Below the pieces are notes generated by a model that saw only the letters and a program-made list of their open reading frames with translations, ran no database searches and had not been told where the DNA came from. Positions 26,997 to 36,800 of a stretch of DNA of 64,000 nucleotides are shown in pieces. Position 1 is the first letter of the stretch. Each line of letters opens with the position of its first letter. Both the position numbers and the translations under genes were made by a program. Source of the DNA: Paracoccaceae bacterium (lineage in GTDB: Bacteria > Pseudomonadota > Alphaproteobacteria > Rhodobacterales > Rhodobacteraceae); assembly GCA_020425085.1 (NCBI GenBank), contig JAGQRW010000018.1, positions 247,797-311,796 on the forward strand, in the 5' to 3' direction.

Positions 26997-27569
26997 ATGT
27001 TGGAAGGTAAAACTGCGATGGGACTTGAAACCAAGTTCTGTCGTTTCGAGGAAGGCGTGGACATTGAAAAGGGCGGTGTGATCACCGGCTATGCGTCGTT
27101 GTTCAATGCCTGCGATCAGGGCGGCGACGTGGTGCAGAAGGGCGCCTATGCGGCCTCGTTGAAGGCACTGGCGGGCAAGGGGCGCAGTATCAAGATGCTG
27201 TGGCAACACGATCCGGGTCAGCCGATCGGCATTTGGGATGAGGTGCGCGAGGATACGCGGGGGCTGTTCGTCAAGGGGCGGTTCCTGAGCAATGTCCAGA
27301 AGGGTGCCGAGGCTTTGGCGCTGGTAGAGGCGGGGGCGATTGACGGCTTGTCGATCGGATATCGCACCTTGCGCGCCGAAAAGGATGCAAAGGGCCATCG
27401 GCTCTTGCATGAGCTGGAACTGTGGGAGGTGTCGCTGGTGACGTTTCCCATGCTTCCGGATGCACGGGTTCAAGGCAAGGCGGATGCCGACACCGACGAC
27501 CTGATGCGGGTTCTGGCAAACGCATTTACCGATGCCAGTTCCTGGTTGGCGGATACCGGCCAGCGTTAG
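26997..27569 (+). CDS. g4: GTA prohead protease (HK97 family)
   Basis: ITGYASLFN..D..GDVV..GAY...MLWQHD...PIG...GLSIGY is the HK97 protease pattern. Confidence 0.9.
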   Translation: MLEGKTAMGLETKFCRFEEGVDIEKGGVITGYASLFNACDQGGDVVQKGAYAASLKALAGKGRSIKMLWQHDPGQPIGIWDEVREDTRGLFVKGRFLSNVQKGAEALALVEAGAIDGLSIGYRTLRAEKDAKGHRLLHELELWEVSLVTFPMLPDARVQGKADADTDDLMRVLANAFTDASSWLADTGQR

Positions 27570-27595
27570 TTTTCATCGAAGCATGAGGTAATTTG

Positions 27596-28798
27596 ATGAG
27601 CAAAACCGAAACCGAAGCGCCGCGTGAAAACGCTGCGTCAGGAACCCACCCGGCGATGGAAGTGAAAACAGCCCTTGCTGGATTTTTGTCTGATTTCAAC
27701 AAGTTTCAGGCCGACGTGAAGTCGCGCCTTACAAAACAGGAAGATCGTTTGACCATGATTGATCGAAAAAACATGACCATTGCCAACCGCCCGGCGCTGT
27801 CGCAGCATGCCGAGATCGAAGCGCCACATAAAAAGGCATTTTCGGCCTATCTGCGCACCGGTGACGATGATGGGTTGCGGGGCCTTAGTCTGGAAGGCAA
27901 GGCGCTGAACACGGCGGTTTCTGCCGATGGCGGTTACCTGGTGGACCCGAGAACCGCCGACACCATTTCGGGCGTTTTGCGCGATGCCTCGTCGATCCGC
28001 GCCATTGCCAATGTGGTGCATGTGGAATCGACGGCCTTTGATGTGCTGGTCGATCACACTGATATCGGTGCCGGCTGGGCCAGCGAGACCGGATCGCAAT
28101 CCGAAACCGACACGCCGCAGGTCGAACGCATCTCGATTCCGTTGCACGAACTTTCGGCCCTGCCCAAGGCCAGCCAGCGCCTGCTGGATGACAGCGCCTT
28201 TGATGTCGAGGACTGGCTGGCGCACCGGATCGCCGACAAGTTCGCGCGCTCAGAAGGTTCGGCGTTTATTTCCGGCAATGGGGTCGACAAGCCCAAGGGG
28301 TTCCTCAGCTATGCCACGGTTGATAACGAAATCTGGAGCTGGGGCAGCCTTGGCTATATCCCGACCGGGGCCAATGGCGAGTTCAACGCCATCAACCCGG
28401 CAGATGCGGTGGTCGATCTGGTTTACGCGCTGGGTGCCCGGTATCGCGCCAATGCAAGTTTCGTGATGAACTCGAAAACCGCGGGCGCGGTTCGCAAGAT
28501 GAAGGATGCCGATGGCCGGTTCCTGTGGTCTGATGGTCTGGCGGCGGGTGAACCGGCGCGGCTGATGGGTTACAGGGTGCTGATCGCCGAGGATATGCCC
28601 GACATCGCAGCCGACGCGACCGCCATTGCCTTTGGTGATTTCCATGCCGGTTACACCGTCGCCGAACGCCCGGATCTGCGCATTCTGCGCGATCCGTTCA
28701 GCGCCAAGCCGCATGTGCTGTTTTACGCCACCAAGCGGGTTGGCGGCGATGTCAGTGATTTCGCCGCGATCAAGCTATTGAAATTCGCATCAAGCTGA
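27596..28798 (+). CDS. g5: GTA major capsid protein (HK97 fold)
   Basis: 400 aa with an N-terminal delta/scaffold-like region and GGYLVDP, FLSYATVDN and ...FAAIKLLKF motifs. ATG 27596 lies 5 nt after GAGGTA. Confidence 0.9.
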   Translation: MSKTETEAPRENAASGTHPAMEVKTALAGFLSDFNKFQADVKSRLTKQEDRLTMIDRKNMTIANRPALSQHAEIEAPHKKAFSAYLRTGDDDGLRGLSLEGKALNTAVSADGGYLVDPRTADTISGVLRDASSIRAIANVVHVESTAFDVLVDHTDIGAGWASETGSQSETDTPQVERISIPLHELSALPKASQRLLDDSAFDVEDWLAHRIADKFARSEGSAFISGNGVDKPKGFLSYATVDNEIWSWGSLGYIPTGANGEFNAINPADAVVDLVYALGARYRANASFVMNSKTAGAVRKMKDADGRFLWSDGLAAGEPARLMGYRVLIAEDMPDIAADATAIAFGDFHAGYTVAERPDLRILRDPFSAKPHVLFYATKRVGGDVSDFAAIKLLKFASS

Positions 28799-28855
28799 GG
28801 GTTCACACCCAAGGCTGATGCGATGGCCTGTCGCCTGTTTTTCGGGCGGCGGGTC

Positions 28856-28918
28856 TTTGCGCGCGCGTTCCGTTGTCCAGCTGCTCCCCCTCCGTCCGAG
28901 CGACGGCGCGCGCGCAAA
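28856..28918 (+). other. 12-bp GC-rich inverted repeat in the g5-g6 intergenic gap (candidate RNA stem-loop / partial terminator)
   Basis: TTTGCGCGCGCG (28856-28867) and CGCGCGCGCAAA (28907-28918) are exact reverse complements with a 39-nt spacer. This is the only sizeable (165 bp) gap inside the cluster. Confidence 0.45.
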
Positions 28919-28963
28919 TTTCGGCACATCGCCCAAAGGCGGGCCAATTATCGGAGAATTTAC

Positions 28964-29560
28964 ATGATGTTAGTGGAACTGACGACAATTCCCGCCGCGG
29001 TCTTGCCGGTTTCGGAATTTGCCGCCCATCTGCATCTGGGATCGGGGTTTGCCGATGACGGATCACAAGACAGCATTTTGGAAGCCTATCTGCGAGCGGC
29101 GCTGGCGGCGATTGAAGCGCGGATCGGCAAGGCGCTGATCGAGCGCGATTTCACCTGGTCGGTGACCGCATGGCGGGAACGCTCAAGCCAGGGTCTGCCG
29201 ATTGCACCGGTCAACGCCATCAACGCCGTCAAGGTCGTGGACAGGGTTGGTGGGGAAACCGTGATTGACGATGCCGGATTCTATCTGGAGCGCGACAGCC
29301 AGCGGCCGCGGCTGGTGGCCAATGCCGGTGCCTTGCCGTCGATCCCGGCCGGTGGATCGGCGGATGTGGAATTCACCGCAGGTTTTGGCCCGTCATGGGC
29401 CGACATTCCGGTGGATCTGGCGCAGGCGGTATTCCTACTGGCGGCGCATTATTATGAGAACCGCAACGGCGCGGGTGGGCGCGACACGCTGATGCCTTTC
29501 GGGGTGATGGCGCTGATCGAAACCTACCGCAGCGTGCGCCTGTTCGGGGCCAGGGCATGA
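28964..29560 (+). CDS. g6: GTA head-tail connector / adaptor protein (gp6-like)
   Basis: ATG 28964 follows a GGAGA SD. The sequence reads ...LEAYLRAALAAIEARIGKALI...AVFLLAAHYYENR. It occupies the RcGTA g6 position. Confidence 0.8.
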   Translation: MMLVELTTIPAAVLPVSEFAAHLHLGSGFADDGSQDSILEAYLRAALAAIEARIGKALIERDFTWSVTAWRERSSQGLPIAPVNAINAVKVVDRVGGETVIDDAGFYLERDSQRPRLVANAGALPSIPAGGSADVEFTAGFGPSWADIPVDLAQAVFLLAAHYYENRNGAGGRDTLMPFGVMALIETYRSVRLFGARA

Positions 29561-29898
29561 TGCGCCCGACCATGCTGACGCGGCGCCTGACCCTGGAAGA
29601 GGTCACGCGCCAGCCCGACAATGCCGGCGGCTATACCGAAAGCTGGAGCGAACTTGGCACCCACTGGGCCGAGATCAGCAGCGGCACCGGGCGGGCGCGC
29701 GAGGTTCCGGCGGCGACCATGTCCTATGTCCCGTACCGGATTACCATTCGCGCCGCACCGGTCGGATCGCCGTCGCGCCCAAAGCCGGGCCAGCGGTTCC
29801 GGGACGGCAGCCGTTTGTTCAGGATCGAGGCGGTGGCCGATGGATTTCGCGGCGGTTTTTACCTTGAGTGCTTTGCCAAAGAAGAGGTGCTGTCATGA
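29557..29898 (+). CDS. g7: GTA head closure / head-tail adaptor protein
   Basis: 113 aa with an ATGA overlap to g6. The sequence LEEVTRQPDNAGGYTESWSELGTHWAEI is typical of the phage head-tail adaptor family. Confidence 0.8.
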   Translation: MMRPTMLTRRLTLEEVTRQPDNAGGYTESWSELGTHWAEISSGTGRAREVPAATMSYVPYRITIRAAPVGSPSRPKPGQRFRDGSRLFRIEAVADGFRGGFYLECFAKEEVLS

Positions 29899-30305
29899 GT
29901 TATGCGGTTGCGGCGGCCTTGCAAGCGGCGGTTTTCGCGGCGGTTTCGACCGATCCGGGGGTTCAGGCGCTGGTTGGGGGCGATGTGTTTGATGCACCAC
30001 CTGGCGGCGTTCTGCCCCTGACCTATGTGGTTCTGGGCGAAGAGGATGTGCGGGCGCATTCCAACATTTCGGCCGCCGGGGCGGTGCATGATTTCACCGT
30101 CAGCGTGTTCAGCGATGCCGCCGGGTTTGCCACGGCCAAGGCGGTGGCGGTGGCGGTTTCCGACGCGCTGTCGGATGTCGATCTGACGCTGGCACGCGGC
30201 ACATTGGTGACGCTGGCATTTGTTCGCGCCAAGGCGCGACGCGGCAGAACACCCGATGGCAGGCGGATTGATCTGCGTTTCCGGGCGCGGGTCGAAGACA
30301 TTTAA
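29895..30305 (+). CDS. g8: GTA tail terminator-like protein (DUF3168-like)
   Basis: ATG 29895 overlaps the g7 stop (ATGA). 136 aa, in the RcGTA g8 position. Confidence 0.7.
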   Translation: MSYAVAAALQAAVFAAVSTDPGVQALVGGDVFDAPPGGVLPLTYVVLGEEDVRAHSNISAAGAVHDFTVSVFSDAAGFATAKAVAVAVSDALSDVDLTLARGTLVTLAFVRAKARRGRTPDGRRIDLRFRARVEDI

Positions 30306-30330
30306 CCAACAGATTTGAAAAGGAAATATC

Positions 30331-30744
30331 ATGGCTGCGCAAAAGGGCAAGGATTTGCTGATCAAGCTCGATCTCGACGGGACCGGCGCGTTTCAGACCA
30401 TCGCGGGTCTCAGGGCTTCGCGGATCACCTTCAATGCCGAAACGGTGGATGTAACGTCGCTGGAAAGTACCGGCGGCTGGCGCGAGTTGCTGGGCGGGGT
30501 CGGGGTGCGTTCCGCCTCGATCAGTGGTTCGGGGGTATTTCGTGATGCGGACACGGATGAACGCGCGCGGGCAATCTTTTTTGACGGCGAGGTGCCGGAT
30601 TTCCAGGTGATCATTCCGGATTTCGGTATCGTGCAGGGACCGTTCCAGTTGACGTCAATCGAATATGCCGGCTCGCATGATGGTGAGGCGAGTTATGAGT
30701 TGTCGATGGCTTCGGCCGGGGCGCTGATCTTTACGGCGATATGA
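30331..30744 (+). CDS. g9: GTA major tail (tube) protein, TP901-1 family
   Basis: MAAQKGKDLLIKLD...FQTIAGLR...VDVTS...W.ELL...S.SISGSGVF is the characteristic pattern. Confidence 0.85.
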   Translation: MAAQKGKDLLIKLDLDGTGAFQTIAGLRASRITFNAETVDVTSLESTGGWRELLGGVGVRSASISGSGVFRDADTDERARAIFFDGEVPDFQVIIPDFGIVQGPFQLTSIEYAGSHDGEASYELSMASAGALIFTAI

Positions 30745-31067
30745 TGGTGAACCCCTATCGCGGCGAGGTGAAGCTGGTGGTCGATGGCCGACCGCATGTG
30801 TTGCGTCTGACCCTTGGCGCGCTGGCCGAACTGGAACAGGCGCTGGCGGCGGGTTCCCTGCTGGAGCTGGTCGAGCGGTTTGAAACCGGTCGGTTCAGCA
30901 CCCGCGATCTGCTGGCACTGCTGACCGCCGGCCTCAGGGGCGGCGGCTGGCAGGGGGAACTGCCGGACCTGCTGGCGGCCGAAGTGGAGGGCGGGCCGAT
31001 TGGTGCCGCCACCATCGCGGCGCGGTTGCTGGCGGTTTCATTCAGCATTGCCGATGAACGGGTTTGA
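30741..31067 (+). CDS. g10: GTA tail assembly chaperone
   Basis: 108 aa with G.V.L.VDG....LRLTLGALAELE. It has an ATGA overlap with g9. Confidence 0.75.
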   Translation: MMVNPYRGEVKLVVDGRPHVLRLTLGALAELEQALAAGSLLELVERFETGRFSTRDLLALLTAGLRGGGWQGELPDLLAAEVEGGPIGAATIAARLLAVSFSIADERV

Positions 31068-31248
31068 CTGGCCGGCGCTGATGCGGGCAGGCCTTGGTGG
31101 CCTGGGGCTGCGCCCGCAGGAATTCTGGGATCTGACACCGGTGGAATTGCTGCTGATGCTGGGGCTGGATGGGGGCGGCGCACCCAGATTGAACCGGGCG
31201 AGATTGCATGAGTTGAGTGCGGAATTTCCCGACGAGACAAGGGAATAG
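31054..31248 (+). CDS. g10.1: GTA g10.1-like protein (second tail-assembly-chaperone ORF)
   Basis: MNGFDWPALMRAGLGGLGLRPQEFWDLTPVELLLML. It overlaps the g10 3' end by 14 nt, in the +1 frame. Confidence 0.7.
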   Translation: MNGFDWPALMRAGLGGLGLRPQEFWDLTPVELLLMLGLDGGGAPRLNRARLHELSAEFPDETRE

Positions 31249-31256
31249 GAGTGGAC

Positions 31257-31922
31257 ATGGCAAGTATCGAATCTGACCTTGAGGGTCTTGACGTAACCAT
31301 TGGCGATCTTGAGGCGTCAATCGGCGCAACCCAGGCGGTTTCGGCGGCATTTCAAGCGGAATTGCAGTCGATGCAGGTAACGATGTCAACCGCCGGGCGG
31401 CAGGTTGACGGGCTGACGCGCTCGGTCGGTTGGGGGCTCAGGCGGGCGTTTGACGGGCTGGTGTTTGACGGTATGCGCCTGTCGGATGCGCTGAAAACGC
31501 TGGGGCGCAGCATGGTGGATTCGGCCCTGACCCAGGCACTGAAACCAGTACAGAATGCGTTGGGTGGCATGATTGCGGGCGGTATCAGCAACCTGATCGG
31601 CGGGGTTCTGCCGTTCAAGGACGGTGCATCGTTTTCCGGCGGCAAGGTCACGCCGTTCGCGCGTGGTGGCGTAGTTTCCAGCGCCACCAATTTCCCCATG
31701 CGCGGCGGTATCGGCCTGATGGGGGAAGCCGGGCCAGAGGCGATCATGCCGCTAAGCCGGGGGGCCGATGGCAGCCTTGGTGTGCGGGCGCAAGCTGGCG
31801 GGCGGGCGGTCAATGTGACGATGAATATATCCACACCGGATGCTGAGGGATTTCGACGCTCGCGCACCCAGATCGCGGCCCAGATGAATCGGGCGATCGC
31901 GCGGGGAACGCGGAACAACTAG
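31257..31922 (+). CDS. g11: GTA tail tape measure protein (short)
   Basis: Has a helical N-terminal half and a ...GLMGEAGPEAIMPL motif. ATG 31257 lies 5 nt after AGGAG; the ORF track starts at GTG 31251. Confidence 0.8.
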   Translation: MASIESDLEGLDVTIGDLEASIGATQAVSAAFQAELQSMQVTMSTAGRQVDGLTRSVGWGLRRAFDGLVFDGMRLSDALKTLGRSMVDSALTQALKPVQNALGGMIAGGISNLIGGVLPFKDGASFSGGKVTPFARGGVVSSATNFPMRGGIGLMGEAGPEAIMPLSRGADGSLGVRAQAGGRAVNVTMNISTPDAEGFRRSRTQIAAQMNRAIARGTRNN

Positions 31923-31926
31923 GGGA

Positions 31927-32565
31927 ATGACCATGAATTTTCACGAAATCAGGTTTCCGGCCAGTCTTAGCTTTGGCTCGGTCGGCGGGCCGGAGCGGCG
32001 CACCGAGATCGTCACGCTGGCCAACGGATTCGAGGAACGCAACAGCCCCTGGGCGGATTCCAGGCGGCGTTACGATGCCGGGGTCGGCATGCGCAGTCTT
32101 GACGATATCGAAACCCTGATCGGTTTTTTCGAGGCGCGTCACGGCCAGCTATTCGGGTTTCGCTGGAAGGACTGGACCGATTTCAAATCCTGCGCACCCT
32201 CGCAGACGGTGGCGCATCGTGACCAGCGGATCGGCAGCGGCGATGGGGTGACGAAATCGTTTCAACTGTCAAAAACCTACCGCTCGGGAATCAGCGATTA
32301 CACGCGGCTGATCGCCAAACCGGTTTTGGGCACGGTTCTGGCCGCACTGGCCGACGACAACATGGTAGAGGGCGTGCATTTCGAGGTGGATGATACAAGC
32401 GGTTTCATCACCTTTGCCGATGCGCCTGATGCGGGGGTGGAAATCACCGCCGGGTTTGAATTTGACGTGCCGGTCAGGTTTGATGCAGACCGGCTGGAAA
32501 TGTCGCTCCACAGTTTTTCGGCCGGGGAAATTCCGACGGTGCCGGTGATCGAGGTTCGGGTCTGA
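31927..32565 (+). CDS. g12: GTA distal tail protein (DUF2460-like)
   Basis: NFHEIRFPASLSFGSVGGPERRTEIVTLANGFEERNSPW is the hallmark N-terminus of this family. Confidence 0.85.
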   Translation: MTMNFHEIRFPASLSFGSVGGPERRTEIVTLANGFEERNSPWADSRRRYDAGVGMRSLDDIETLIGFFEARHGQLFGFRWKDWTDFKSCAPSQTVAHRDQRIGSGDGVTKSFQLSKTYRSGISDYTRLIAKPVLGTVLAALADDNMVEGVHFEVDDTSGFITFADAPDAGVEITAGFEFDVPVRFDADRLEMSLHSFSAGEIPTVPVIEVRV

Positions 32566-33443
32566 TGCGTGATCTAGGGGATTTGGCGGCGCATCTGGAA
32601 ACCGGTGCAACGACGCTGTGCCGCTGCTGGCAGTTGACCCGGCGCGATGGTGTGGTGATGGGGTTTACCGATCATGACCGCAACCTGGAATTTGACGGTG
32701 TGGTGTTTCGTGCCTCGACCGGGCTTGATGCGGCGATGGTGCAATCCTCGACCGGGCTGAGTGTCGATAATTCGGTCGCGGTCGGGGCGCTGAGCGATAT
32801 CGGGATTGAGGATGCGGATATTCGCGCCGGGCGTTATGATCATGCCGAGGTGCTGATCTGGCTGGTGAATTGGCAAGCGCCGGTTGAGCGGTTGTTGCAG
32901 TTTCGCGGCTCGGTAGGTGAAATCCGCCGCTCGGGCGGGGTGTTTGAGGCGGAACTGCGCGGGCTGGCCGAGGCGCTGAATCAACCGCAGGGTCGCGCCT
33001 ATCATCGGAATTGTTCGGCCATTCTGGGTGATGGGCAATGCAGGTTTGATCTGGAACAGGCAGGCTATTTCGTCGAGGTTGCAGCCCCTGCGGGGCAAAA
33101 CGAATTTGCCTTTTTGGATCTGGCCGGGTTCGAGGAACGCTGGTTTGAAAAGGGCGTTTTCAAGGTTCTGGACGGACCGGCCGAAGGTTTGATCGGGGTG
33201 ATCCGTTCGGATCGTTTCATCAGCGGCAAGAGGCGGGTCGATTTGTGGCAGGAATTGCCGGTTGCACTGGCCGAAGGCGACCGGGTCCGGTTGCAGGCGG
33301 GGTGTGACAAACGGGTGGAAACCTGCCGGCTGAAATTTCACAACTTTCTGAATTTTCGCGGTTTTCCAAATATTCCGGGCGAGGATTGGGCGATGTCCTA
33401 TCCTACCCGCGCCGGGGTCAATGACGGCGGCAGTCTGACATGA
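32565..33443 (+). CDS. g13: GTA hub protein (DUF2163-like plus phage BR0599-type C-terminal domain)
   Basis: TTLCRCWQLTRRDGVVMGFTDHD..L.FDGV.F...GL ... CDKRVETCRLKFHNFLNFRGFP. It has a TGATG overlap with g12. Confidence 0.85.
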   Translation: MRDLGDLAAHLETGATTLCRCWQLTRRDGVVMGFTDHDRNLEFDGVVFRASTGLDAAMVQSSTGLSVDNSVAVGALSDIGIEDADIRAGRYDHAEVLIWLVNWQAPVERLLQFRGSVGEIRRSGGVFEAELRGLAEALNQPQGRAYHRNCSAILGDGQCRFDLEQAGYFVEVAAPAGQNEFAFLDLAGFEERWFEKGVFKVLDGPAEGLIGVIRSDRFISGKRRVDLWQELPVALAEGDRVRLQAGCDKRVETCRLKFHNFLNFRGFPNIPGEDWAMSYPTRAGVNDGGSLT

Positions 33444-33868
33444 GGGGGCCGGAGGCGCTGGCACTGGCGCGGGGCTGGATCGGCACACCTTATTTGCATC
33501 AGGCCTCGATCAAAGGGGCGGGGGCGGATTGCCTTGGTCTGCTGCGCGGTGTCTGGCGCGATTTATACGGACGTGAGCCGGAAGCGGTGCCTGCCTATAC
33601 GCCGGACTGGTCGGAACCGAACTGTGATGAGGCGTTGTGGCGGGCGGCGATGCGGCATCTGAAGGCCAAGGACATAACTTTGGCGGCAACCGGCGATGTC
33701 CTGCTGTTTCGCATGCATCCGCGCGCCGTGGCCAAGCATCTTGGTATTGCCGCCAATATCGGCCCTTCGGCCAGTTTCGTGCATGCCTATAGCCGTCACG
33801 GCGTGGTTGAAAGTCCGTTGAGCGATCCCTGGGCGCGCCGAGTCGTGGCCAGATTTGAATTTCCATAA
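33440..33868 (+). CDS. g14: GTA NlpC/P60-family cell-wall peptidase
   Basis: ARGWIGTPYLHQASIKGAGADCLGLLRGVW carries the catalytic Cys context, and ...HLGI... is also present. It has an ATGA overlap with g13. Confidence 0.85.
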   Translation: MRGPEALALARGWIGTPYLHQASIKGAGADCLGLLRGVWRDLYGREPEAVPAYTPDWSEPNCDEALWRAAMRHLKAKDITLAATGDVLLFRMHPRAVAKHLGIAANIGPSASFVHAYSRHGVVESPLSDPWARRVVARFEFP

Positions 33869-33894
33869 ACTGAACTACCGAAACGGGGGGTCTG

Positions 33895-36800
33895 ATGGCC
33901 ACACTGGTATTATCTGCGGTCGGTGCATCGCTTGGCGGTGCCATTGGCGGCTCGGTCATCGGGCTTTCCTCGGCGGTCATCGGGCGGGCCGTCGGGGCAA
34001 CCCTGGGGCGGGTGATCGACCAGCGCATACTTGGTTCGGGTTCGGATTCCGTGCCCACCGGTCGGATTGAGCGGTTTCATCTTATGGGCGCCAGCGAAGG
34101 CGATCCGGTTGCCAAGTCGTTCGGCCGGATGCGAATTGGCGGTCAGGTGATCTGGGCTTCGCGATTCAAGGAGGAAATCACGACCACAGGCGGTTCCGGC
34201 AAGGGTGGCGGGCGCGGTGCGGCCAGCAGCTCCTATAGCTATACCGTCAGCCTGGCGATTGCCCTTGGTGAAGGTGTGATCACAAGGGTTGGCCGGATCT
34301 GGGCCGATGGGGTGCAGATCGCTTCGGACGATCTGAACATGCGGGTTTATGTTGGCGACGAGGTGCAACTGCCCGATGCCAAGATCGAGGCAGTCGAGGG
34401 CGCAGGCAAGGCACCGGCCTTTCGCGGTACTGCATATGTGGTATTTGAGGATCTTGACCTTGGCCGGTTTGGCAACCGCGTGCCGCAGTTCAGCTTTGAG
34501 GTTTATCGCCGCGCCCAGCCCAAAAGCGGCAGCACCGATCCGGCGGCGCGCATCAAGGGGGTCGCGCTTATTCCCGGAACCGGGGAATATGCGCTGGCGA
34601 CAACGCCGGTGCATTTTGACCTTGGCCCTGGAATCAACCGCTCCGCCAATGTGAATTCCGCCAGTGGCAAGACCGATTTCGCCACCTCGCTTGAGGATCT
34701 GCGAGCCGAGCTTGACGCCTGCAAATCGGTTTCGCTGGTGGTTTCCTGGTTTGGCGACAACCTGAAATGCGGCGATTGCCAACTGACACCGCGGGTCGAG
34801 AAGGTGGAATTTGACGGCATCGGCATGCCCTGGCAGGTATCCGGCCTGACCCGCAGCAGTGCCAGAACGGTCAGCCAGTCCGATGGCCGCCCGGTGTTCG
34901 GCGGCACCCCCACTGATCAGGCCGTGATCGAGGCGATCAGGGCGATCAACGAGGGTGGTCAGGAGGTGATGTTCTATCCCTTCATCCTGATGGATATTCA
35001 GGCGGATAACGGTCTGGGCGATCCCTGGTGGGGTGGCACGGATCAGCCGGTAATGCCGTGGCGGGGCCGGATCACGCTATCAACGTCACCGGGGCAGGCT
35101 GGTTCGCCCGATCAGACAGCCGCTGCCGAGGCCGAGGTGGCGGCGTTTTTTGGCAGCGCACAGGTGTCGGATTTCAGCGTTGCTGACAACACGGTCGGCT
35201 ATCATGGCCCGATTGAGTGGTCATACCGGCGCTTTGTTCTGCACAATGCGCATGTGTTTGCGGCGGCTGGCGGGCAGGGCGCGTTCTGTATCGGTTCGGA
35301 AATGCGCGCATTAACGCAAATTCGTGGCGCGGCCGGATCTTTCCCGGCGGTGGCGGCGCTGATGGCGCTGGCCGCCGATGTAAGGGCAATCGTCGGGCCG
35401 GATGTCAGGATCGGCTATGCCGCTGACTGGTCGGAATATTTCGGCTATCAACCACAAGACGGAACCAACGACGTTCTGTTTCACCTTGACCCGCTTTGGG
35501 CCGATGCCAATGTCGATTTCATTGGTATCGACAATTACATGCCGCTGTCGGACTGGCGTGATGAGCCGGGGCATCTGGACGAGGGGTTCGGTTCGATCTA
35601 TGCGCTGGATTATCTGAAATCCAACATTGCGGGCGGCGAGGGGTTTGACTGGTATTATGCCAGTGAAACCGCGCGAAATCACCAGATCAGATCGCCCATT
35701 CAAGATGGCGCTCATGGCGAGGTCTGGATCTATCGCTACAAGGATCTGATAGGCTGGTGGCAAAGCCCGCATCATCCGCGGATCAATGGCGTCAGGCAAG
35801 CGAATGCCACCGACTGGGTGCCGCAGAGCAAGCCGATCTGGTTCACCGAGATCGGCTGTGCCGCGATCGACAAGGGCACCAACCAGCCGAATGCATTTCT
35901 TGACGCCAAATCATCAGAATCGCAAAAACCCCGTTACTCCAACGGCTTGCGTGATGACCTTATTCAGTCGCAATACCTGAATGCGATGTTCTCATTCTGG
36001 GATGATACAGCCAATAATCCACTATCAGCAGAATATGGTGCACCGATGGTCGATATGGCACGGGCGCATGTCTGGGCCTGGGATACCCGGCCATGGCCTG
36101 CCTTTCCGGCCAACCTTGAACTTTGGAGCGATGGCGGGAATTATGCGCGTGGCCACTGGCTGAACGGAAGGCTGGGGGCGCAGGCACTTGGCGATGTGAT
36201 CCGCGAAACCTGTGAGGCGGCGGGGATCACTGCGGTCGATGTGGACGAACTTTACGGATCCGTGAAGGGTTATCATGTCGGCGACACCCAGTCGGCAAGG
36301 AGCGCCCTGCAGCCTCTGATGATGGCATTCGCAATCGACGCGGTGGAACAGGGCGGCGTGTTGCGGTTTCAGAACCGCAATGGGCGCAGTGTCGCGGCGT
36401 TGACGGCTGACCGGCTGGCGTGGTCGGCGGATCATGAAGGTGCCATTCAGTCGCTGCGCGCGCCCGAGGCGGAAACCGCCGGTCAGGTAAGGGTCGGTTA
36501 CGTTCGAGCCGATGGCAGTTATGAAGCAGGTGCTGCCGAGGCGGTGTTTCCTGATGAGCGGGCTTTGGGCGTATCAAAAACCGAACTGCCGATCGTGCTG
36601 TCCTCCGGCGAGGCGCGGGCCATCGCCGATCGTTGGCTGGCGGAATCGCGGGTGGCGCGGGAAACCGTTTCGCTGCAACTGCCGCCGTCGCAAATGGGTC
36701 TGAGGGCTGGCGATGTATTCACCCTTCCGGGTGAGGCTGGCGGCGGGTTGGCGCGCATCGACAGAATCGAAGATGCGGGTGCGCGCCGGATCGAGGCGGT

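Noticed and set aside
28823-28963. Longer g6 starting at 28823
   Set aside because: The N-terminal extension is Arg-rich, low-complexity sequence that coincides with the GC inverted repeat. ATG 28964 has a GGAGA SD and gives a typical connector N-terminus.
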